A stretch of DNA of 64,000 nt from an uncultured Methylomirabilota bacterium. Lineage in GTDB: Bacteria; Methylomirabilota; Methylomirabilia; Methylomirabilales; 2-02-FULL-66-22. The notes below the pieces were generated by a model. It was not told where the DNA came from. It did not search any database and saw only the letters and a list, made by a program, of their open reading frames with translations. Positions within the stretch are counted from its first letter, which is position 1; each line of letters opens with the position of its first letter. The position numbers were made by a program, and so were the translations under genes. Location: positions 2,912,001 through 2,976,000 of the forward strand of contig OY970067.1 of assembly GCA_963705305.1 (NCBI GenBank). Direction: 5' to 3'. Below, piece after piece: positions 10,717-20,319 of this stretch.

Positions 10717-12174
10717 ATGCCCGAGCTGCCGCGTGCCGCCGGATCGCTGACGGCCTATGCCGCCGAATTCATCACCGGGACCGACTTCGCCGCCATCCCG
10801 GCGGATGTCCTGCAGCTGGCGAAGAAGTCCATCCTGGATGGGTTGGGATTGGCGCTAGCGGGATCGGTCGCCAAGAGCGGCCGCATCGTCCGCCGCTACC
10901 TCCGGGATCTCGGGTGCGCCGAGGGCGTGGCCTCGGTGATCGGCGGGGACCTGCGCGTGCCGGTGCGATTTGCCGCCTTCGCCAACGGCACGGCCATCCA
11001 TGCCGACGACTATGACGATACGCAGCTCGCGGTGGCCAAGGACCGCGTCTACGGCCTGTTGACACACCCGACCGCGCCCGTGCTGCCCGCGGTGCTGGCG
11101 ATGGCGGAGCGGGACGGTCGATCGGGGCGCGACCTGTTGACCGCCTACGCTGTCGGGGTCGAGGTGGAAAGCAAGATCGCCGAGGCTATCTTCCCTCGCC
11201 ATTACCAGGAGGGGTTCCATTCCACGGCCACCTGCGGAACCCTGGGGGCCGCGGCCGGTATGGCCAGCCTGTTGGGGTTCCCCGCCGAGCGGACACGCGT
11301 CGCGCTGGGGATCGCCGCCAGCCAGTCCGCGGGGCTGCGGGAGAACTTCGGGACCATGACGAAGCCGTTCCACGCCGGGCGGGCGGCAGAGAGCGGCGTG
11401 GTGGCCGCCGAATTCGCGCGGCTGGGCTTCACCGCCGCCCCCACCATCCTGGAGGCGCCCCGCGGCTTCTTCCGGGCGGCCGGCGGCGGTTACGACGAGG
11501 CTGCCATCCTGGGGAAGCTGGGCCGCCCCTGGACCTTCCAGACCCCGGGCGTCTCGATCAAGCCCCATCCGTCCGGATCCCTCACGCACCCGGGGATGAC
11601 CGAGATGCTGGACCTCATCCGCCGTCACGACATCCGCCCATCCCAGATTGTCCGGGTAAAAGTCGGCACCAACCAGAATATGCCCAATGCGCTCATCCAC
11701 CATCGTCCCGCGACGGAGCTGCAGGCCAAGTTCAGCATGGAATTCTGTATGGCCATTCTGCTTCTGGAGCGCAAGGCGGGACTGGCCGAATTCACCGACG
11801 AGGTCGTCAACCGGTCGGATGTCCAGGCCATGATTCGAAAGATAGATTTCGGGGTGCACCCCGAGGCTGAGGCGGTCGGCTACGACAAGATGACCACGAT
11901 CATCGAGATCCAACTGACCGATGGGCGCACCGTCACCGGGCGGGCCGACTTCGGCAAGGGCAGTCCGGCGAACCCCATGAGCTACGAGGAAGTGGCGGAC
12001 AAGTTCAAGGGGTGCGCGGCATACAGCCGGTGGCCGGCGGCAAAGGCCCGGCGGGTGGTGGAGGTGGTGCGAAAGTTGGAGAGCCTGTCCGACGTACGGG
12101 AGTTGACCGGGCTCCTCACCCGCCAGACCAAGCGACGCCGACCGCCGATCGCCCGACGGAAGCGCCGGCCATAA
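10717..12174 (+). CDS. MmgE/PrpD family protein
   Basis: NGTAIHADDYDD, THPTAPVLPA, GFHSTAT, TMTKPFHAG, IKPHPS, AKFS; AGGAGG RBS; TTGACA upstream at about 10589. Confidence 0.93.
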   Translation: MPELPRAAGSLTAYAAEFITGTDFAAIPADVLQLAKKSILDGLGLALAGSVAKSGRIVRRYLRDLGCAEGVASVIGGDLRVPVRFAAFANGTAIHADDYDDTQLAVAKDRVYGLLTHPTAPVLPAVLAMAERDGRSGRDLLTAYAVGVEVESKIAEAIFPRHYQEGFHSTATCGTLGAAAGMASLLGFPAERTRVALGIAASQSAGLRENFGTMTKPFHAGRAAESGVVAAEFARLGFTAAPTILEAPRGFFRAAGGGYDEAAILGKLGRPWTFQTPGVSIKPHPSGSLTHPGMTEMLDLIRRHDIRPSQIVRVKVGTNQNMPNALIHHRPATELQAKFSMEFCMAILLLERKAGLAEFTDEVVNRSDVQAMIRKIDFGVHPEAEAVGYDKMTTIIEIQLTDGRTVTGRADFGKGSPANPMSYEEVADKFKGCAAYSRWPAAKARRVVEVVRKLESLSDVRELTGLLTRQTKRRRPPIARRKRRP

Positions 12175-12447
12175 CACCCTGGATCCCTCGGCCAAGGGGC
12201 GCGGCGCCGAAGACGTGGCGATTTCTGCGCCCATCGTTGACCGTCTGCTGCTGGAACCCGCCCATCGCCTTCCCGCGTGCCATCCCCGCGGGATCCACGA
12301 GCCCAGCCTGGCTATCCCTATCGGCGCGGCCGGTCCGCGCCGGCCGGCAGTCGTCCAGGAAGTCCTGAGCATGGGTCAAGCAACCCCTTATCCATCAACG
12401 CACCCCGGATGCACAACGCGGATCGATTAGGTCACCATTCTCACACA

Positions 12448-12530
12448 TTGTATCCAAAAATAATTGACAGGCAGGGAGACCGGCGTATATTTCATGCATT
12501 ACGCGGCTACAAATATAAGATTGGATACAA
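12448..12530 (+). promoter_or_regulatory. sigma70 promoter flanked by two GntR-type operators
   Basis: TTGTATCCAA (12448-12457) and its reverse complement TTGGATACAA (12521-12530) flank TTGACA (12464) ... TATATT (12486). Confidence 0.65.
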
Positions 12531-12536
12531 AAAGTC

Positions 12537-13211
12537 ATGCCGGCCCAATCAGATACGCTCCCGGCCAGGGAGCGCGCCTACGAATTCCTGAAGGCCTCCA
12601 TCCTGGAAGGGCGATTCAATCCCGGGGAACGCCTGACGGAGGAGCACCTGGCCAAGGAGCTCGGCATTAGCCGCACCCCCGTCCGTGAGGCCCTCCACAA
12701 GCTCGAATCGGAGGGGCTGATCAAGCCGTTGGCGACGCGGGGATTCATCGCCTCGCCAGACTCGAAAGAAGAGATCCGGGAGCTCTTCGAGATCCGAGCC
12801 GTCCTGGAAGGCTATGCCTTGCGGGTTATCTGCGGCCGCCTCACCGGGCCCCTGCTCGGCCAGTTGGAGGAGGCCGTCGCCAGCGCCGAGGAGGCGCTGG
12901 GACGGGGCAGCCTGGACGAGGTCTTCCGCTGGAACACCCGGTTTCACGACACGCTCCACGAGCTGATCACCGACAAGCACCGGCTCTACCATCAGATGGT
13001 CACCATGCGGCAATACGTGCTGCGGTACCGCAAGAACACGCTGCAGTATCCGGACGGGGGGAGGCGGACGGTGGAGGGCCACCGCAAGATCCTCCTGGCC
13101 CTGCGCCTCCGGGATCCCGACCTGTCCGAGCGCCTGATGCGGGAGCACATCGAGCAGTCCATGAGGGACGCCTTACAATTCCTCTTCGAGAAGAACAAGG
13201 AGGTGATGTGA
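12537..13211 (+). CDS. GntR family (FCD) transcriptional regulator
   Basis: PGERLTEEHLAKELGISRTPVREAL winged HTH; C-terminal FCD with NTRFH and EGHRKI. Confidence 0.94.
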   Translation: MPAQSDTLPARERAYEFLKASILEGRFNPGERLTEEHLAKELGISRTPVREALHKLESEGLIKPLATRGFIASPDSKEEIRELFEIRAVLEGYALRVICGRLTGPLLGQLEEAVASAEEALGRGSLDEVFRWNTRFHDTLHELITDKHRLYHQMVTMRQYVLRYRKNTLQYPDGGRRTVEGHRKILLALRLRDPDLSERLMREHIEQSMRDALQFLFEKNKEVM

Positions 13212-13528
13212 GCATGCCCAAGCATATCGAGGTCCTCGTGGACAAGTGCACGGGGTGCAAGCTCTGCGAGCTCGCCTGCTCCGCGATCAAGACGGGAGAG
13301 TTCAATCCCAGGGATTCCAGGATCAAGGTCGTCCTGGTCGATATCCCGGAAATCCCGGTGCCCATCCTGACCGAGGATTGTGACTACTGCTTCGGGAATC
13401 CGGCCTGCGTGGGCGTCTGCCTTCCCCAGGCCATCGTGTGGAGAGAGATGGACGCCCAGCCCGCGCGGCCGAAGCTCAGCGAGGCCAAGGCGATCGCCCA
13501 GGCGTGGCTCCAGTCGGTGAGCCGCTGA
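13208..13528 (+). CDS. Small 4Fe-4S protein (AOR electron-transfer subunit)
   Basis: CTGCKLCELAC and CDYCFGNPACVGVC motifs; translationally coupled to gntR. Confidence 0.85.
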   Translation: MSMPKHIEVLVDKCTGCKLCELACSAIKTGEFNPRDSRIKVVLVDIPEIPVPILTEDCDYCFGNPACVGVCLPQAIVWREMDAQPARPKLSEAKAIAQAWLQSVSR

Positions 13529-13537
13529 GGAGACAGC

Positions 13538-13822
13538 GTGGCGAGGGTAAGCGTGAAGGGCTTCTCGGTGGTCCGGGACGCGCTCGGCGCCAGCGTCGTC
13601 GAGGTTGATGTGCTCCCTCCCGAGACCGTCAAGAGGACACTGGGGACGCTGCTGGAGAAATACGAGCGCCTCAAACAGGTGCTCGTGGATCCGGAGACCG
13701 GGGAGACCGCCCCGTTCCTGCTCGTGCACAACGGGAAGGTCATTTCTTCGACCCTGGACGCAGACAGATCGGTGAAAAGCGGAGATGAGCTCGTTCTCAT
13801 TTTTCCCATCGGAGGAGGTTGA
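13538..13822 (+). CDS. MoaD/ThiS family sulfur carrier
   Basis: Ubiquitin-like size; C-terminal FPIGGG. Confidence 0.88.
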   Translation: MARVSVKGFSVVRDALGASVVEVDVLPPETVKRTLGTLLEKYERLKQVLVDPETGETAPFLLVHNGKVISSTLDADRSVKSGDELVLIFPIGGG

Positions 13823-13824
13823 TC

Positions 13825-15685
13825 GTGGCAAACGGGTTCAAGTACGGCGGCTATAAAGGGCAGATGCTCAGAGTCAACCTGACCAGGAAGGCGGCCAGCA
13901 CCGAGCCCCTGCGTGAGGACTGGGCGCGGGACTTTGTGGGCGGCGTGGGCTACGCGGCCCGCCTTCTCTACGGAGCGATCCCGCCCAAAGCCGATCCGCT
14001 GGGTCCCCAGAACACGCTCGTTTTCATGACCGGCCCGGTCAACGGCACCATGATCCCGGCAGCCTCGCGGGCCACCGCCTGCGCCAAGTCCCCGCTGACC
14101 GGCTCCTTCTTCCACAGTATATTCGGCGGGTATTTCGGCCCCGAGTTGAAGTTCGCCGGCTACGACGGCCTGATCGTGGAGGGGAAGGCGAGCAAGCCGG
14201 TCTACCTCTGGATCGACGATGACCGGATCGAGATCCGCGACGCCTCCCATCTGTGGGGCAAGAATCCCTTCAAGGCTCAGGAGATGATCCGCGGGGAGAT
14301 CGGCGACGAGGCAATCCATGTGGCGGTTATCGGCGAGGCAGGCGAGCGCGGGACCGCGTACGCCATGATCCTCCTGGACATCCGGGCCGCGGGCCGCGGG
14401 GGGATCGGTGCCGTGATGGGGTCCAAGAACCTCAAAGCCATCGCGGTGCGTGGCACGGGCGGCGTCAGGGTCCCCAACATGCTGCGGGTGTACAACACCA
14501 CCCAGCGGCTCAACGAGCTGGTGGCCACCAATCCGGCGGTGAAGGGTCTGTCCGACTACGGCACCCCCCGCAACGTGGCCAGCATGAACGCCGCAGGCAT
14601 CCTGCCCACCCGCAACTGGCAGACCGAAGTGTTCCCCAAGGTGGACGGCATCACCGGGGAGACCATGAAGGAGAAGGTGGTCAAGGGCCACCGCGCGTGC
14701 TTCGCCTGCTCCATCAACTGCACCAAATACAGCGTGGTTCCCTCCGGGAAATACAAGTCCATCATCAACGGGCCCGACTATGAGACGGTCTACGGCTTCG
14801 GCAGCATCTGCGAGGTGGATGACATCCAGGCCCTGTGCAAGGTAGACGAGGTCTGCGACGAGTACGGCATCGATCTGATCCAGGCCTCCATGAGCGTGGC
14901 CTGGGCCATGGAGTGCTACGAGAAGGGCATCTTCACCAAGGAAGACACGGGGGGCCTCGAGCTCACCTGGGGGAACGCCGATGCCATGATCCGCCTGACC
15001 GAGATGATCGGCAGGGCGGAGGGTCTAGGCGCCCTGCTGGCCAAGGGGACCCGCGAGGCCGCCAGGATCGTCGGCAAGGGCTCCGAGCGCTTCGTCATCA
15101 GCAACAAGGGGACGGACTGGCCCGGCCATACCTGCCGGCCATTTCCGGCCGCGGCAGTCGGCTATGCCACCGGCCCGCGGGGAGGCAGCCACCACGACAT
15201 CCGGCCCACCCCGGAAAAGAGCGGCCTGGTGGACCGCAAGGTTCTGGACGGCAAGGGCGGGGTGGCGGCCGAGATCAACCACTGGCTGATCCTGGCCGAC
15301 TCGGCCCTCGTCTGCCACCTGGGCGAGCCCATCTGGGGCCCGCTGAAGATCAACGACAACCTGGTGGAGGCGTTGAACGCCGTCACCGGGTGGAATCTCA
15401 ACTTCGATCAGGCGCGGAAGATCGCTGAGCGGCAGTGGAATATGATCCGCTGCTTCGCGGCCCGGGAGGGGTTCACACGCAAGGACGACCAGCTTCCCGT
15501 CCGGTTCAAGACGGAGCCCGTTCCCGAAGGACCCATGCAGGGGAGCCTGATCTCCGAGGAGACCCTCGAGCGGCTAAAGGACGACTACTACACCTATCGC
15601 GGTTGGGATCTAAAGTCCGGCAATCCGACCAAGGCGAAGCTGGCCGAGCTTGGGCTGGAATTCGCCGCCAAGGACGTTCTGCTGA
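13825..15685 (+). CDS. Aldehyde:ferredoxin oxidoreductase (tungsten AOR family); true stop probably TGA 15683-15685
   Basis: KSPLTG, AAGRGGIGAVMGSKNLKA, CFACSINC, PDYET, DEYGID, YYTYRGWD. The called ORF runs on to 15978 into the convergent gene; deleting one T in GACGTTC (15673) gives D-V-C-stop at the normal AOR end. Confidence 0.92.
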
Positions 15686-15902
15686 CGTTTGTTCACGACT
15701 CGGTGAGTCTTGACTCGGATCGGGGATGCCCAGACCGAGAGGCGTTGCATCGACGCGAGCAAGGGGAAGCGGGCGGAGGATGGCCGCCCATCACCGCCCC
15801 CATCTACGCCGCAGGGAGCCGCTGGCGGGGGGCGGGTCCCCGGGACGGGGGCGGCAGGTGCACCGCATGGGATCCGGATGTCCGGCAGGGTCCGGGCGGG
15901 CG

Positions 15903-16715
15903 TCAGCGTCCCCGCCACGTCGGCGCGCGCTTTTCCAGGAACGCCGAGACGCCCTCCTTGAAATCCTCGCTCAAATAGCACATCAGGTACAGGTCGGGCG
16001 TCTCCTCGATGCGGCCATGCCCCAGCAGCCGCCGCATGCCCTCCTTGATAGAGCGAATGGTCAGCGGTGCGGCCCCGGCGATGTCCGCGGCCAGCTGGCG
16101 CGCGCACGGCTCGAGGGCGTCGGCGGCGACGACCTCGCTGAACAGGCCGGCGGCCTTTCCCTCTTCAGCGTCGAGGAAGCGCGCGGTGAAGAGCAGCTCC
16201 TTGGCGCGCGCCGGCCCCGCCAGTGCCGCCAGCCGCGCCAGGTTCTGGGCGGACAGGGTGTTGCCCAGCGTGCGCGCGATCGGCACGCCGAACGTGGCGT
16301 CCTGGCTGGCAATGCGCAGGTCGCAGGCCAGGGCGATCACCGCCCCGCCCCCGGCACAGACGCCGCGGATCATCGCCAGCGTGGGCTTGCGCACTGCCTC
16401 CAGTCGGCTGACGATCCGGTTCAAGTTCCGCTCGTAGCTCAAGGCGTCGTCGGCCGTCTGAAAGGCCTGGAACTGCGAGATGTCGGTGCCCGCCACGAAG
16501 GCGCGATCGCCGGCGCCGCGCAGGATGCAGATGCGGACAGCCTCCTCGGCATCCACGCGCTCGCAGGCCGCGTGCAATCCCTCGTACATGGGCCAGGTCA
16601 TGGCATTGCGAACCTGTGGACGGTTGAACGTCAGCCACGCCACCGGGCCCTCGAGCTCGAACACCAGATCCTGCGTGCCCAGATCAATCCGCGTTTTCTC
16701 GATATAGTCCGTCAT
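15903..16715 (-). CDS. Enoyl-CoA hydratase/isomerase family protein
   Basis: FNRPQVRNAM, AFVAGTDISQF, CAGGG, CDLRIA, SEDFKEGVSAFLEKR. Confidence 0.92.
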   Translation of the reverse strand: MTDYIEKTRIDLGTQDLVFELEGPVAWLTFNRPQVRNAMTWPMYEGLHAACERVDAEEAVRICILRGAGDRAFVAGTDISQFQAFQTADDALSYERNLNRIVSRLEAVRKPTLAMIRGVCAGGGAVIALACDLRIASQDATFGVPIARTLGNTLSAQNLARLAALAGPARAKELLFTARFLDAEEGKAAGLFSEVVAADALEPCARQLAADIAGAAPLTIRSIKEGMRRLLGHGRIEETPDLYLMCYLSEDFKEGVSAFLEKRAPTWRGR

Positions 16716-16865
16716 GGGTGCCCTTTCTTCCGAAGCCGGAGGGTAGAACGCCCGGCCGCAGCCGTGGGGGGAGAAAAGTCCGGCCGGGCGAGTTCTGGGC
16801 CGCGAAAGGTGGCGACTCCGAAGGCGCCGGCGACCCGACTCCGCACAAGACCGCACGTGCTGGGG

Positions 16866-16895
16866 AACCTAGCAACGCCGGCAGGCCGCTGTCAA
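16866..16895 (-). promoter_or_regulatory. Putative sigma70 promoter of the enoyl-CoA hydratase gene
   Basis: Minus strand TTGACA-N18-TAGGTT with TG just upstream of the -10. Confidence 0.45.
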
Positions 16896-17147
16896 GGGTG
16901 CTGTCGAGACATGCGGGGTCGCCAGGGCATCGCCCCGGCAGCGGACGCGATCAGCGGGGGAAGACGCCTATCGGCCCGGCCGACCGAACATGCGGGCAGG
17001 TTTGCCTTGACAGGGGGAATTTCTGTGGAGTAGTCATACGGAAGCCCGCGGCTTTACTACCTGCCCGTGAGGGACCAGCGCTGCTGGTCCGCATATCCAC
17101 GCGAGCAACAGTTCATGATGGGACACCGGGGTCGAACGGGGGCGCGG

Positions 17148-17330
17148 ATGCGCATCGAGCACTCCAAGCGCGTTGCCTGTGTGAACCGCGTGCCCGTCTG
17201 CCCCATGGGGCCAGCCACGTCGACCCGGGGATCCACCGGGCCGGGCTGGTCGAGGATGCCCGCGTGGAGTGCCGCCCCTGCTCCCGGAAGATGAGCGCGG
17301 AACGCCTGCGGCCGTCCCGGGCTGACGCCG
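17148..17330 (+). pseudogene. Decayed N-terminal fragment of a 2x[4Fe-4S] ferredoxin-domain protein
   Basis: MRIEHSK(R)VACVN(R)VPVCPMG / frameshift / ASHVDPGIHRAGLVEDA(R)VECRPC: CxxCxxCxxxCP spacing, with three Cys positions now CGC. Confidence 0.6.
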
Positions 17331-17460
17331 GGGCGCGCTGAGGGGCTCTTCTCCGGGCCGGGCCGCGTAAAGGCCGGCTCGCGGAGGGGAAAAGCCACCG
17401 CGCCGGGACGGAGTCCCGGCAGGCTCAACTCGTTGTGCCGAGCGCAGAAGGAGGGACGCT

Positions 17461-18465
17461 ATGCGCGCAGGAACGCAGTGGAGCAGGATCTGGCGAGTGG
17501 GGGCGGTCGCGGCCTTGGGACTGGCCTTGGTCGCGGGGTGGGCGCCGCCTGCCGGCGCCGCGACGGTCATCCGAATGGGCGACGTAGGGTACCCGGATTC
17601 GCTGCTCGCTCTCCAAACCGATGAGTTCGCGAAGCGAGTGAACGAGGCTCTCAAGGGCCGGGTCGAGGTCAAGGTCTTCCACGCCAGCCAGCTCGGCTCC
17701 GACGAGGAGATGCTCAAGGGAATCAAGGTCGGGGTCCTGGAAATGTTCCAGCCGTCCACGGTCATGAGCACCGTGGATCCGGGGTTCGGCGTATTCGAGA
17801 TGCCGTACCTCTTCAAGGATCGCGCCCAGGTGAAGCGGGTGGCCGAGGATCCGCAGATTCAGAAACTGCTGTTCGGGTCGCTCCCCGAAAAGGGGCTCCG
17901 GATCCTGGGGATGTGGGAGAACGGCTACCGGGTCATCACCAACAATGTGCGTCCCATCGTCAAACCTGAGGATCTGAAGGGGATCAAGCTGCGCGTCCCC
18001 GGAGGCGTCTGGCGCGTCAAGATGTTCAAAGCCTACGGGGCCAACCCGACGCCCATGGCCTATTCGGACGTCTTCGCCGCCTTGCAGGCTGGGGTCATGG
18101 ACGGCCAGGAGAACCCCTTCGCCCAGATCTACGGTGGGAAGTTCTACGAGGTGCAGAAGTACCTGTCCCTGACGGACCACGTCTACACGCCGTCCTATGC
18201 CGTAATCTCCGAGCGGTTCTGGAAGACGCTGCCCCCCGACGTACAACAGGTTCTGGCCAAGATCGCGGTGGAGGTGGGGGATTACGGCCGCAAGGAAGGG
18301 GCCCGGATGGACACGGACCTCGAAGGGAAGATGCAGAAGTACCTCAAGGTCAACGAGGTGGACAAGGAGGCCTTCGTCGAGGCGTCCAAGCCCATCTACG
18401 AGGAGTTCACGAAAGAGGTCAAGGGAGGCAAGGAGCTGGTGGACCGGATCATGGCCTTGCGGTAG
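17461..18465 (+). CDS. dctP: TRAP transporter substrate-binding protein
   Basis: Signal peptide; SQLGSD, ENGYR, DLKGIKLRVP, GANPTPM, DGQENP. Confidence 0.95.
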   Translation: MRAGTQWSRIWRVGAVAALGLALVAGWAPPAGAATVIRMGDVGYPDSLLALQTDEFAKRVNEALKGRVEVKVFHASQLGSDEEMLKGIKVGVLEMFQPSTVMSTVDPGFGVFEMPYLFKDRAQVKRVAEDPQIQKLLFGSLPEKGLRILGMWENGYRVITNNVRPIVKPEDLKGIKLRVPGGVWRVKMFKAYGANPTPMAYSDVFAALQAGVMDGQENPFAQIYGGKFYEVQKYLSLTDHVYTPSYAVISERFWKTLPPDVQQVLAKIAVEVGDYGRKEGARMDTDLEGKMQKYLKVNEVDKEAFVEASKPIYEEFTKEVKGGKELVDRIMALR

Positions 18466-18510
18466 AACGGCACAGCCGCCAAAGATGCCGGTGGGGAAGG
18501 AGGGAGGTCC

Positions 18511-19023
18511 ATGCGCAAGCTCTACACCAACCTGATCGCTTTTCTCCTGGGCGTTTCGGGGGTCCTGATGCTGGCCATGCTGGGGGTCGTCCTGCTGGGC
18601 GTGATCTTCCGCTACGCTCTCAATGCGGCCCTGTCCTGGTATGACGAGTTCGCCGGGTACGTCCTGGTCTGGCTGACGATGTTCGGGACGGTGGTGGCGC
18701 TGGCCAAAGGGAAGCACATCAGCTTCGAGACCCTGGCGGAGAAACTCCCGACTCGCTGGCAGCGGGCGGTGGAGATCTTCGGCAGCGTGTGTGTCCTGAG
18801 CTTTTCCCTCGTCATGCTGGTATCGGGGTGGGTGCTGGTGCGCTCCATGTGGGGGGAGACGTCGGTCTCGGTCCCCACGGTGGAGATGTCCTGGGTGTAC
18901 AGCGTGCTACCCATCTCCGGAGTGCTCCTGGTCCTGGTCGGCATCGTCCAGCTCACGATGCTGGTGACCGGGCAGGAGGTGCCGGAGGCCCCGAAGCGCA
19001 AAGCCATGGAGGAGGGACAGTAA
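18511..19023 (+). CDS. dctQ: TRAP transporter small permease
   Basis: 4 TM segments; FRY, SWYDEFA, HISF; position between dctP and dctM. Confidence 0.92.
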   Translation: MRKLYTNLIAFLLGVSGVLMLAMLGVVLLGVIFRYALNAALSWYDEFAGYVLVWLTMFGTVVALAKGKHISFETLAEKLPTRWQRAVEIFGSVCVLSFSLVMLVSGWVLVRSMWGETSVSVPTVEMSWVYSVLPISGVLLVLVGIVQLTMLVTGQEVPEAPKRKAMEEGQ

Positions 19024-20304
19024 ATGGGTTGGGTCGTCCTGAGCCTCGTGCTGTTCCTGTCCGCTCTCAACGTCCCCATCGGGTTCGTGCTGGCCATCGC
19101 CACCATCCTGGCCGTCCTGATCCAGGGGACGGCTCCCCTGGAGGCTATCCCGCTGATGATCTTCGGCGGCGCCTCCAAGTTCCCCTTGCTGGCCATCCCC
19201 CTGTTCATCCTGGCGGGGGGGCTGATGACGACCACCGGGATCTCCACGCGCCTCATCAACCTCGCCAGCGCCCTGGTGGGGTTCATCCGGGGGGGCCTGG
19301 CCATGGTGACGATCGTGGCCTCCATGTTTTTCGGAGAAATCTCCGGATCGGCGGTGGCGGGAGCCGCCGCCATCGGTCAAGTGGTCATCCCGGCCATGGA
19401 GAAGAAGGGCTATCCTAAATCCTTCAGCGCCGGGGTGGTGTCCAACGCCGCCACCCTGGCCATCATCATCCCGCCCAGCATCCCCATGATCATTTACGCG
19501 GCCATGGCGGACACCTCGGTGGTGAAGCTGTTCATCTCAGGGGTTATCCCGGGCATCATCGGTGGGGGCTTGATGATGCTGCTCTCCTATTATTTCGCGC
19601 GGACCCGCGGCTACCCGGCTGAGGCGGCGTTCTCGCTGCGGGGGGTGGGGCGAGCGCTAAAGGACGGCTTCTGGGCCCTGATGATCCCGGTGGTGATTTG
19701 GGGGGGGATTTTCGGCGGGATTGCCACGGCCACCGAAGTCGGGGGGCTGGCGGCACTGGCGGCCATCCTGATCGGGATTTTCATCTACCGGGAGCTGAAC
19801 TGGCGAGACTTCTGGAAGACGGTCGTGGACTCCGCCATGCAGACGGCAGTCATCATGCTGATCGTGGCGACCTCGGCCGTCCTGAGTTGGTATCTCACCA
19901 ACGAGGGGCTCCCCCAGCAGTTGACCCAGGCCATGCTGACCCTGACGCAGAACAAGTACCTCATCCTGTTCCTGCTCAACATCGCATTTTTCGTCGCCGG
20001 CTGCTTCTTGCACAGCGCCGCGGCGATCATCCTGATCGTGCCCATCGTGCTGCCCCTGATCAAGCACCTCGGCATCGATCCAATCCACTTCGGGCTCATG
20101 GTCACGATCAACCTGGGGGTCGGCCAGCAAACCCCACCCGTGGCCACGGTGCTGATGACGACCTGCGCCATCGCCGACCTGTCCATGTGGGAGGTGTTCA
20201 GGACCGGCTTCTGGTACATGATGGTCCTGGTGCTGCTGACCCTTCTGGTGACCTACCTACCGGATACTGGTCTCTGGCTGGTGAGACTGGTGTATCGCAT
20301 GTAA
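19024..20304 (+). CDS. dctM: TRAP transporter large permease
   Basis: LLAIPLFILAG, ISGSAVA, IIPPSI, ATATE, GQQTPPV. Confidence 0.95.
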   Translation: MGWVVLSLVLFLSALNVPIGFVLAIATILAVLIQGTAPLEAIPLMIFGGASKFPLLAIPLFILAGGLMTTTGISTRLINLASALVGFIRGGLAMVTIVASMFFGEISGSAVAGAAAIGQVVIPAMEKKGYPKSFSAGVVSNAATLAIIIPPSIPMIIYAAMADTSVVKLFISGVIPGIIGGGLMMLLSYYFARTRGYPAEAAFSLRGVGRALKDGFWALMIPVVIWGGIFGGIATATEVGGLAALAAILIGIFIYRELNWRDFWKTVVDSAMQTAVIMLIVATSAVLSWYLTNEGLPQQLTQAMLTLTQNKYLILFLLNIAFFVAGCFLHSAAAIILIVPIVLPLIKHLGIDPIHFGLMVTINLGVGQQTPPVATVLMTTCAIADLSMWEVFRTGFWYMMVLVLLTLLVTYLPDTGLWLVRLVYRM

Positions 20305-20319
20305 CGAGGGTGCAGAGGT

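Noticed and set aside
12175..12440. Short ORFs or gene remnant after the MmgE/PrpD gene
   Set aside because: No recognisable motif or RBS; cannot be supported from sequence alone.
15686..15978. About 100-aa C-terminal extension of AOR-1
   Set aside because: It is low-complexity, overlaps the convergent gene, and disappears when GACGTTC is corrected to GACGTC.
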